Position numbers and translations under genes: made by a program. Under the pieces are notes generated by a model. It saw nothing but the letters and a program-made list of their open reading frames with translations, searched no databases and was not told the origin of the DNA. A DNA stretch of 64,000 bases, taken from Anaeramoeba ignava BMAN. Taxonomy: Eukaryota; Protista; Anaeramoebae. The DNA is taken from positions 1-64,000 of the forward strand of contig JAPDFW010000073.1 of NCBI GenBank assembly GCA_028826165.1, given 5' to 3'. Below are positions 28,171-40,000 of this stretch, piece by piece (the stretch's first letter is position 1; each line of letters opens with the position of its first letter).

Positions 28171-30737
28171 TTATTTTTTCTTTTCAATTTCTTCAAATTT
28201 TTCACTAACTTTTTCACAAAATTCAGAAAGAGGAAATCCAACAACACTAATAAAAAAAATTAATTAAATTTAAATAATTAAACAATTTAAATAATTAAAC
28301 AATTTAAATAATTACTTTGACCATGAACCATCAATTTTTTCAATTAAACAAACTCCCAATCCTTGAATAGCATAACCACCTGCTTTATCACTAAAAATTA
28401 TTTTCAATTTATATTTAGATTAAAAATTATTTTAAATTTATATTTAGATTAAAAATTATTTTTAAATTTATATTTAGATTAAAAATTATTTTATATTTAT
28501 ATTTAGATTAAAAATTATTTTAATTTATATTTAGATTAAAAATTATTTTTAATTTATATTTAGATTAAAAATTATTTTAATTTATATTTAGATTAAAAAT
28601 TATTTCAATTTTATATTTAGATTAAAAATTATTTTATATTTATATTTAAATTAAAAATTATTTTAAATTTATATTTAGATTAAAAATTATTTTCAATTTT
28701 ATATTTAGATTAAAAATTATTTTCAAATTTATATTTAGATTAAAAATTATTTCAAATTTATATTTAGATTAAAAATTATTTTATAATTTATATTTAGATT
28801 AAAAATTATTTTTTAAATTTATATTTAGATTAAAAATTATTTTATATTTATATTTAGATTAAAAATTATTTTTATATTTATATTTAGATTAAAAATTATT
28901 TTAAATTTATATTTAGATTAAAAATTATTTTAAATTTATATTTAGATTAAAAATTATTTCAAAATTTATATTTAGATTAAAAATTATTTTTAATTTATAT
29001 TTAGATTAAAAATTATTTTAAAATTATATTTAGATTAAAAATTATTTTAAATTTATATTTAGATTAAAAATTATTTTAATTTTATATTTAGATTAAAAAT
29101 TATTTCAAATTTATATTTAGATTAAAAATTATTTCAAATTTATATTTAGATTAAAAATTATTTCAAATTTATATTTAGATTAAAAATTATTTTAAATTTA
29201 TATTTAGATTAAAAATTATTTTAATTTTTATATTTAGATTAAAAATTATTTCAATTTAAATTTAGATTAAAAATTAATTCAAATTATATTTAGATTAAAA
29301 ATTATTTTAATTTATATTTAGATTAAAAATTATTTCAAATTTATATTTAGATTAAAAATTATTTTAAATTTATATTTAGATTAAAAATTATTTTAAATTT
29401 ATATTTAGATTAAAAATTATTTTAAATTTATATTTAGATTAAAAATTATATTTCAAATTTATATTTAGATTAAAAAATTATTTTCAATTTATATTTAGAT
29501 TAAAAATTATTTTTCAAATTTTATATTTAGATTAAAAATTATTTCAAATTATATTTAGATTAAAAATTATTTTATATTTATATTTAGATTAAAAATTATT
29601 TTATATTTATATTTAGATTAAAAATTATTTTAAATTTATATTTAGATTAAAAATTATTTTAAATTTATATTTAGATTAAAAATTATTTTTAATTTATATT
29701 TAGATTAAAAATTATTTTATATTTATATTTAGATTAAAAATTATTTTCAATTTATATTTAGATTAAAAATTATTTTCAATTTATATTTAGATTAAAAATT
29801 ATTTTCAAATTATATTTAGATTAAAAATTATTTCAAATTTATATTTAGATTAAAAATTATTTCAATTTATATTTAGATTAAAAATTATTTTAAATTTATA
29901 TTTAGATTAAAAATTATTTAAATTTATATTTAGATTAAAAATTATTTTAAATTTATATTTAGATTAAAAATTATTTTAAATTTATATTTAGATTAAAAAT
30001 TATTTCAAATTTATATTTAGATTAAAAATTATTTCAATTTATATTTAGATTAAAAATTATTTAAATTTATATTTAGATTAAAAATTATTTTAATTTAAAT
30101 CACATTGGTTCAGATGTATCAATATATGCATTAATTGATTCTGTAGATAAATTTTTAAAAAAAACAGATGTTGAATTTGAAAAAGTTATGCAATTTTCAT
30201 CAGAAGAAAATTTAGGAAAAAGTAAAGTAACACCAGAAATAACATTGTGTTGTTTTCCAGATAAAAAAGAAAGCATTTTAAAAGAATTTTCTTTTGTTTT
30301 TGGTTTTCCCATCACAAAACGATCTCCAATTTGAAGAAAAACTGGATTATTCTTTAGATCTTCAGGAATTTCTTGTTCAATTTTCGCAGAAATAACAGTA
30401 TCACAACTGATTATTAAATCAGGTTTTTGATTTTCTGAATTTAATTTGTTCATAACAGTAAGTCCTTTTTGTTTAGAATTTTCTAATACATATTCATTAA
30501 CTGTTGAAAATTTAACAGGATCTAAACTTGATTCATCAAAATCTGAAGGAATTATTCTAAAATTGATTTTTAATGATTCAAGAAGTTCTTTTCTTCTTGG
30601 AGAATCTATTTTTTATATATAAAAAAAAATCAATCAAAAAAAATTTTTTTTTTTTTTTTTTTCTGTTAAATTTAATAATTACTACTAGCAAGAATAATAT
30701 CAAATTTATTAAATTCTTTTAATTTTGTTAAAAACAT
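28171..30737 (-). CDS. Maf-family nucleoside-triphosphate pyrophosphatase (4 exons)
   Basis: IILAS.SPRRKELL, SDFDE, SCDTV, MGKP, LSFLSGKQH.VISGV, EP|DKAGGYAIQG, VVGFPL. Confidence 0.95.
28391..30103. repeat. About 31-bp minisatellite filling a Maf intron
   Basis: More than 50 near-identical tandem copies of tttatatttagattaaaaattatttt(n)aa with no unique spacers. Confidence 0.95.
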
Positions 30738-30875
30738 TGAATTTGATTGAAGAAAAATGAAAAAAATTTTTTTTGGTTTTTATTCTTTTGAAAGAAAAAA
30801 TTTTTTCCATTTTTCAAAAATTAAAAATGAAGAAAGAAAAAGAAAATGAAAATGAAAATGGGAAAAGATGAAAAG

Positions 30876-33740
30876 TTATTGATCTTTATCAACACTTTTA
30901 TCATCATCAATTTGATTTTCATTTTCATTTTGATTTTGATTTTGATTTTGATTTTGATTTTGATTTTGATTTTGATTTTGATTTTGATTTTGATTTTGAT
31001 TTTCATTTTCATTTTCATCATCTTCAAGAACAATTTCTTGATTTTCAGTATTTTTTTGAATATAACTATGATTATGAATATTCTCAACAGAATCATTTTC
31101 ATCATTTTCACCATTTTCATCATTATTACTATTATAAGTATTAGTATTAAAATCATCTTGAGTTTCTTCTTCCTTTTTTGGTTCTTTGAGTAATTTTGCT
31201 TCCATACTATCTTCATTGATATCCTTATTCAAATCATTATCACTATTATTATTATTATTATTCAAATCAATTGAAGAAACTTGATTTATATCCAAAACAA
31301 CATCCTTATTTTTTTCCTTTCCATTTTTGGATTGATTTCCCGAACTTCTTTGATCAGGACTAGCATATTTATATTTTCGAGCAATTAATATGAACAAAAA
31401 CAAGAACACAATCATCAAGAAAGCGTAGAAAAAATATTCAAGATGTTTCTTGCTAAACAAAGAAGCCTCTGCAATAATTGAAACAATCAAGTTTCCAATA
31501 GCAGTTGTTAATAACCAAAGAGCCATCACAATGGATTTCATTGAATTTGCTGATTGTGAATAAGCGAGCTCAAGTCCAGTTATGGAAACTAATGTTTCTC
31601 CTGCGCTTAATATAAAGTATGATATTGCTTGATACCAAAATGTTATTGTTTTTGGTGGGTTGTTATCAATGAAAAATTGTATTATTCCTGCAGAGACAAA
31701 GCTTAGTGATGTTAAGAAAAATCCTATTGCCATTCTTTTTAATGGGCGAAGATCTATCCCTCTTTTTCGTAATGATGGATATATTACTTTGTCAAATAGT
31801 GGAATTGTTACCATAAGTAAAAGTGGATTTAACACTTGTACTTGAGCTGCTGGAATTTCATATGATGCAATATGAAGATCCATTTCTTTTGATTGAAGAA
31901 CCCATCGACTTTAAATATTTATATTATTTATTTATATTGAATATTTATATTATTTGTATTAAATATTTATATTATTTATATTATTTATATTATTTATATT
32001 ATTTATATTATTTATATTATTTATATTAAATATTTATATTATTTTTATTAAATATTTATAATATTTATATTAAATATTTTGATTATTTGTATTAAATATT
32101 TATATTATTTATATTATTTATATTAAATATTTATATTATTTATATTAAATATTTATATTATTTTTATTAAATATTTATATTATTTTTATTAAATATTTTG
32201 ATTAAATTGAAAAAAAAAAAACCTCGAAGATTGATCATATAAAGACCAAAAAATTGGAATTGGAACAAATATTATCAAAACATGAAACACTGTTTTTAAA
32301 TCTTCAACAAGTTGCTTTCCATACTTATCTTCTGCCCAATCTAACCAATGCTTTTTTTTGACATAATTTCCTGCTTTTTTTGCTCTTCTTTTATTTCTAC
32401 AAGAATAGAAAATAGCTTTTATTGATTTTGTAATTAATTTATCAGTTGGTGGAATCTAAAGAAAAAAGAAAAAAAGAAACAAAATTTTTAATTAATTTTT
32501 TTTTCCGATTTTGAATTTGGACTTAAATTTGAAACAAAAAAATCAAAATTACAATTTTATAAGACCTTTTTCCAGCAAGAAACATTATAACGGAAAAGAA
32601 CATTAAAATAACAGGAATTCCAAAAGCATAAAAATATGATAAATATTTTTCAACAATTGGAGTTACAAGCATACTTAATAAACTACCAACATTAATACTA
32701 ATATAAAAAAGAGAGAAAATTCTTGACAGAAGTCTTGGCGTCACATTAAAGAGTTGATCTCCAAGAAAAGAAGACACATTTGGCTTTATAGATCCAGTTC
32801 CAAGACTATTTGTTTTTTTATAAAAAATTAATTCGAAAATTTTGTTTTAAATTCAAATCCAATTTTGATTTAAATTCAAAACAATATTTGCATTTACGCA
32901 ATAAGAAATAATCCAACAAAAGTTAACCAAGCGCGAGGAGAACCTAAAGCTGATAGAGATAAAGCAGTCCCACCAAGAAGATAAACAACAGAAAAGTATA
33001 AAATTGTCTTAAATTTTCCTGAAATAATTTTTTAAAATTTTTTTTTTAAAATTTTTTTAAAAAGTGGATTGTTTAGTTGATCAAAAAGAAATTTGGATAT
33101 TTTAAATTGAATTTGATTAAACTAAAGATACCCAAACAAGAATCTGCAACCAAAGCACCTAAAACAATTGATATTATTTAGTAAAAAATTAATTTGAGAA
33201 AAAAAGAGTTTTTAAAATGGAAAAAATTTTTCAAAATTTTTAATTTAAAATATTATTACCTTCAAGTGGCAAAAAATAAGCAGCAAAAATGAATAAATGA
33301 TAAACGCTTGTTGCATGATTTTCTGAGTAATGAAGTTCGTCAGTTAAAAATAGAATTAAAATAGCTCTAATTCCTTTTAAAAAAAAAGCAAAGAAATTTT
33401 AATTGATTTAAATTAAATTAAATAAAATTACTTGAAAATTTTTTAATTAAAAAAATCCAAATAATTTCAAACCATAATAACAAAATCTCTCAGAAAATTC
33501 AGATCCAAGAATAAAGTAAAAACGACCAGGAAATCTAAATTTTTCTTCATTTTCATCTAATGCGATATATTTTCGTCGATGTTTTAATTTAATTTGATTT
33601 TCATTTTGGATTTGATTTTCAATTTGGATTTCATTTTGATTTTGATTTTGATTTTGATTTTCATTTTGATTTTGATTTTCATTTTCATTCATTTCTTCAA
33701 GTAGTTTTGCTTTATTATTATCTTGATTAAAATCATCCAT
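30876..33740 (-). CDS. Proton-dependent oligopeptide transporter (POT/PTR2, SLC15-like)
   Basis: SEFSERFCYYG (ExxERFxYYG), GALVADSCLG|KFKTI, GTGSIKPNVSSFLGDQ, FYISINVGSL, FWSLYDQ, GLELAYSQSA.SMKS; about 7 exons including a 27-nt exon at 33132-33158. Confidence 0.95.
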
Positions 33741-33992
33741 TGTTTTTTTTTTCTTTTATTATTTTGTTTTTTTTTTGGTTTCTTTTATTTTTTATTTAAT
33801 TTTTATATAATTTGGATTGTTGAAAATTAAAGAATAAAATTTAACAGAAAAAAAAATTTATGAAAAATTAAAAAAGAAAGAAAGGAAAAAAATGAAAAAA
33901 AAAAAAAAATTTTTTTTAATATTTTTAAATTTGGGGAGTTTATTAAATTTTTAATTGGAAAAAATTTAAAGTAATTTTATTTGAAATTTATT

Positions 33993-36862
33993 TTAATTTT
34001 TTTGATAAAAGATATTTTTTGGAGTTGATCTAAGGAGTTGATTATATTTTTCTTCATCAAAATAAGAAACAATACATAATCTTGAACAAAAAACTTTTCC
34101 AGCTAATCCAACTTCTGCTTTTTCTGCAGAATTTTGATCTTCGAATTTAATTAAAATTTTTGAAAGATTCATTTCAATTTCTTTTTCAATTTGATTTTGA
34201 TTTTGATTTTCAATTTCAATTTGATTTTGATTTTGAATTTGATTTTGAATTTGATTTTGAGTTTGATTTTGATTTTCATTTTGATTTTCATTTTGATTTC
34301 GATTTTGATTTTGATTTTGATTTTGATTTTCAATTTCAATTTCATTTTGATTTTGATTTCGATTTTGATTTTCAATTTCATTTTGATTTTGAACTTGAAT
34401 TTGATTTTCAATTTCATTTTGATTTTGATTTTGATTTTCAATTTGATTTTGATTTTGATTTTCATTTTCAATTTCATTTTCAATTTGATTTTGATTTTCA
34501 TTTTCAATTTCATTTTGATTTTCATTTTGATTTTGATTTTGATTTTGATTTTGATTTTCATTTTCAATTTCAATTTGATTTTGATTTTCATTTTCAATTT
34601 GATTTTCAATTTGATTTTCAATTTCATTTTGATTTTCAATTTGAATTTCAATTTGATTTTCAATTTGATTTTCATTTTGATTTTCAATTTTATTTTCAAT
34701 TTCATTTTCATTTTCATTTTGATTTTGATTTTCAATTTCATTTTGATTTTCAATTTCATTTTGATTTTCAATTTCATTTTGATTTTCATTTTGATTTTGA
34801 TTTTGAATTTCATTTTGATTTTGATTTTGAATTTGATTTTGATTTTGATTTTGATTTTGATTTTCAATTTGATTTTGATTTTGATTTTCATTTTGATTTT
34901 GATTTTGATTTTGATTTTGATTTTCAATTTCAATTTCATTTTGATTTTGAATTTGATTTTCATTTTGATTTTCAATTTGATTTTCAATTTGATTTTCATT
35001 TTGATTTTCATTTTGATTTTCAATTTTATTTTGATTTCCAATTTTATTTTTATTATTTTTATTATTTTTATTATTTTTATTATTTTTATTTTTATTTTCT
35101 AAACTAATTTGTTGGATTGTTATTGATTGAACTTCTCCAAATTCCGAACATTTAAGTTTAATATTTTCCATCATCTTAAGAAATAATTTTGAATTATGAA
35201 CCATTTTTGGATTTAAAATATTCATTAAACAAATTATTCTACTTTTAAAAATACCAGGAAGTGATTGTTCTTCATCAACTAATTCCATTTTTCCAAATGA
35301 AATTTCAAAATCGAATATTTTTTCTATACTAAGTTCATCAAAAATTTGTTGTGGAATAATAGATTTAACAATAGGATCTTTTGGAAAAAATCCATGTGAT
35401 TGAATTGGTGCTTCTATATTTGATTGATTATATAGTTGTGTTTGTTGTGCAATTCGGTTGATAACTTCTGAAAAACCATGATTCTTTTTTTTTTTTTTTT
35501 TGATTTAAAATTGATTTAAATTATTTTTAAAATTGATTCAAAATTTACACTTCTAATTCTTGTATTGGCTTTACGAACTACTAACTCTTTTCCTTCTAAT
35601 TCTTGACCATTCAAACTTGTACAAATTTTATCAATATTTTCAGGATCAACAAATTCAAAAAATCCAAAACCACGATAAGAGTTAGTCTTTGTATTAACAA
35701 CCAAAGCCAAAGATTTAACGTTTCCATAAGGCAAAATTAATTTTCTTGCTTCCTCTTCAGACCAAGTTAAAGGTAACCCTCCAATAAAAACTAAACCAGG
35801 AAAATCATCCTTCAAAATATTAATATCAATTTGCGGTTCTGGATTTGGATCCGGAACATAATACGAAGGACGAGATATTTTCAAAGGAAATCCATTATAT
35901 TGGATTCCATCAAGTTTTAAAGAGTCTGTTGCCAATTTCTTTGTTTTGAAAGTGATAAATGAAAATTTTTTGTGGAGATTAATATAAAGTTTATCAATGC
36001 AAGTGTCTGCTCTTTCCACTCCAAGTGATTTCAATGTTTTTATAAACAAATCCTTTAGTTCTTGGTATTGAGTATTTGGTGGGATATTTCCAATATATAT
36101 TTGATAAGGTGCGAGTTGTTTTTCATCAAGTAGTCTCAATGATTTTTGTTTTGGAATAAATTCAGAAATTGGTAAATTGCCAATATTATTGCTGATGTTT
36201 TTTTGCTGATCCAAATTATTATTTATGCTTTTTTGCTGATCCAAATTATTATTTATGTTTTTTTGCTGATTCAAATTCATTTGATTTTGAGCAAATCCTG
36301 AAAATTGAGAATTTTTTTGTAAATTATTCATTGCTTTAACAGCTCCATGAAAGTTAAATATTGGATTTGGAAAAAGTATTGGTGCTTTTGGCTGAGCATT
36401 TATCATTGCAGCAATTTCTTGTGCTTTTTGAAGCGGATTTAGCGTGGATTTTGTATCCCATCCACCTGATTCTTTAAACCCAGTTTTGCGGAATTTTTCT
36501 AAATGACTGAGATAATTTTGCTCTTCTTTTTTATTTGTTTTAATTTCCAAAACTTCGCGATTTTCAAATTTTTCTTGATTTTGGTTTGATTTTCTTCTTC
36601 TATTTATTGGACTTTGTGAACGTGAATGTGAATGTGAATGTGAAGTTGATTTTGAATCCGAATCTGAATAGGAGCTTGTATTTGAATAAGATTCGGTGTT
36701 TCTTGAATGGTGATGTTTATGACTGTGATGTTTGTGATGATGTCGAGATCGTTTTTCTTGATGTTTACTGTGTTTGTGGTGCTTATAATGATGTGTGTGT
36801 TGCTCTTTGCGTTTGTGATGATTGTGTCGATGATTGTGTTGATTTCTATCAATATAACTCAT
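33993..36862 (-). CDS. U2AF2: Splicing factor U2AF large subunit (RRM1, RRM2, UHM)
   Basis: ULM-like GGWD; RRM1 IYIGNIP...KKFSFITF...LDGIQYNGFPLKISRPSYY; RRM2 VFIGGLP...YRGFGFFEF...LNGQEL..KELVVRKA; UHM IICLMNIL...CSEFGEVQSI...LAGKVFCSRLCIVSYFDEEKY. Confidence 0.9.
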
Positions 36863-37099
36863 TTTAAAAAAATGAAAAGAAAAAAATGAAAAGAAAAAAA
36901 TGAAAAGAAAAAAAAGAAAATTTTAAATTTTTCTCCTTTCTTCTTTTAATTTCTTTTTAAATTCTTTTTAAATTCTTTTTAAATTCTTTTTAAATTCATT
37001 TTTAAAATAATTCCAAATTTTCTCTATTTTTAAATTTGTTTTAAAATTGTTTTTAAAATGGTTTAAAATTATTTTTCATTTTTTTTTTTTCTTTTTATT

Positions 37100-40000
37100 A
37101 TGATTTCAATTGAAAATATTTTATCATCAATTTCTAACCAAAACAGATTCTCTGCTCATATTTCAACTGATAAACAACTTTACCAACCTGGTGAATATAT
37201 ATTTATCAAAATTGTTCTTTTAAATGCTTTAACAAATGAACCTATAATTGAGAATAATTTATTTTCTCAAATTTCAAATCCTGTTTTACAAATTATTGAT
37301 TCTAAAAATGATGTTTATGAAAAAATCCAAGAATTAAAATTAGAAGATAGTATTTATTCTTATTGTTGGAATATACCTGATTCAATTCTTTTTGGAAAAT
37401 ACACAATTTTGTTTTCTTTTGATTTTTCTAATTCAACTTATTCATTTCAAAGAGACGTAGAAATCCGAAGTTTTGTTTATCCAAGATTAAATAAAAATAT
37501 TCACTTTATGAGACAAGGATATTCACCAAATCAAGAAGTTGAAGCAATTTTATCTGTTGAAAGAGTTGAAGGAAACAATTCTGACTTGCAAAAGATAAAT
37601 GTTAAATACTTTATCAAAGACGGACCCATTATACACAAGCAAATTATTGATAAACTCGATCATTTTGGAAGACTTTATTTAAATTTTAAATTACCTCCTA
37701 AAATTTCCTCTCAAATAGTTTTAAATTGCATTATAAGAGATGATCAAATCATAGAAAATATCTCCAAAATTGTTCCAACAAACATTTCAGATCTTAATAT
37801 CACTTTCTTTCCTGAAGGAGGTGATATAATTTATGGAATTAAATCAAGAGTTTATTTTCAATCAATCAATAGTGTTTATGATCCAGTTGATTTCCAAGGC
37901 CATTTGATATCTTCAGATTACGATGAAATCTTTGATGATGATAGATTACAAACAAAACATGAAGGAAGAGGTTTTTTTGAATTTACTCCACAAGAATCAA
38001 GTGTTTATTCATTAAAAATTGTTAATCCAACAGGAATCAAAAAAGAATTTCCTCTTCCTCAACCTCAAAAAAAAGGATTATCAATGAAAGTAATGAAAAG
38101 GGTATTTGATTATAATGAAGAAATTGAAATTGAAATCACTTCTTCATATCCGGGTGATTTTAAAGTTTGTTTATTCAAAAAAGAAGTTGAAATTGGGAAT
38201 CAATTCATCACAATTTCAAATGATCAAGTTTACAAACCAATAAAAAAGAAAATTTTACCAAAAAATAGCAAATGTCAACAAGGAATTATTAGAGTGACAA
38301 TTTATGAAATTCAAAATCAAAATCAAATTGAAAATCAAATTGAAAATCAAATTGAAAATCAAAATCAAAATCAAAATCAAAATCAAAATCATTTAATAAT
38401 GATCCCAATATCAGAAAGATTAACGTTTATCAAACCAAAAAGCCAAATCATTTACAAAATATCAACAAATAGAGAACAATTCAATCCAAGAGAAAAAGTT
38501 CAAATGAAAATAGAAACATTTGATGAAAATCAAAAACCTTTGGAAGCGATTTGTGGATTAACAATCACAGATAATTCAATTTATGAAATGAGTGATCCAA
38601 GAGAAAAACATCCAGATCTACTTTCAATGGCATATTTAGAAAAGGAAGTTTTTAGTCTGAAAGATCCTAATTGTTATCTCAATTTCAATAACGAAAAAAG
38701 CCAAAGTAAGTATTCATCTTTCATATTAAATAATATTTTTTTATATTTTTGATATTTATTTTTATTTCTATTTTTTTCTCTTAGTCAAACTTGATCTTCT
38801 ACTTGGAACTCAAGGATGGAGAAGATTTGTTTATTCAAAAAAAATCCCAAATCTTGATCCACAAAAAACAGAGAATTTCAAACAAACATTCGCATTATCT
38901 GATATTCTTGAATTCGAAATCGAATATTATCAACAGAAAATTGATCTTTTCTTCGTTTCTGGTACTCCATTAATCAAGATGAAAAACTTGATTGAAAGAA
39001 TACTTCAAATTCCAATTTCTTGTCAATATCTTATATACTCCACTTTCCATCTGAGTGATAATGAAAAATCAATTGGAGATTATATTCCTGATTTGAAAGC
39101 AATTCAAAACAGAAAAATTACTCTCCTTGACTCAAGAAAAGAAGGAGAATTATTATTCATCAAGTTGGAATCAGAGGAAAATGTTGAAGAACATTTGATT
39201 CACATTGGATATAATGAAGATGATAAAATTTCTTCAATCAAAAGCAAAATTGAAGAAAAAAAAGGAATATTAAAGGAAATGTCAACTTTATTTCTGGAAA
39301 ACCAAGAACTTATAGATGAAGAAAAAACATTAAAAGATTACTCTATTAAGCATGGAGATGTTTTATTTTGTTCTCGAAATAAAATAGCTGTTGAATTGAC
39401 TAATACTGATTTTGAGAAAAATCGGTTTTTTGTTGATCCAAAAAGTGAAGTTATTTCACTCAAAAATTTAATTTATAAAGAATTTCAAATTTCAGTTCAA
39501 GATCAGCATTTATTCTTCAAAGGAACCAAGATTTTGAATCACCAAATATTTCAAAAAGTTGGGATTCAAAATAATTCAAAGATAACTTTTTTCTCTTCAA
39601 GAAATGTGCCAATGAAAATTCAAGTTGAATATTTCGGAAAGAATTTTGAAGTTGATGTGTTTTCAAATGATACTTTCAAGGATTTAAAAAAAAAAATTCA
39701 AATACCAACAAAAATTCATGCAAACTCACAAATTTTAAGTTACAATAAAAGGAATCTTGACGATTATAGCACTTTCAGAGAACAATTTATTCCTACTAAT
39801 TCAACAGTTAACTTATTTTCTCGGAATGATTTTAGTAGAAAGCTAAAATTAGTGATTAAGAACAAAGAAGATGAGAACAAGAAATTGGAAATTGAAACAA
39901 CATATAGCAAAACTTTTGAAGAAATATCTGGGATTATTGAAGAAAAAGAAGGAATTGAACCAAACAAACAAAAAATTTTACTTGATGAAATAAATATCGC

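Noticed and set aside
28391-30103. Regular ~31-bp repeats resembling a CRISPR array
   Set aside because: No unique spacers, no cas genes, lies inside a spliceosomal intron of a eukaryotic gene.
34160-35107. Long alternative-frame ORFs (FDFDF, ILILI, KIKIK), also at 1632-2430, 19573-19874, 48556-49153 and 59053-60309
   Set aside because: Artefacts of stop-free hexamer microsatellites read in other frames or strands.
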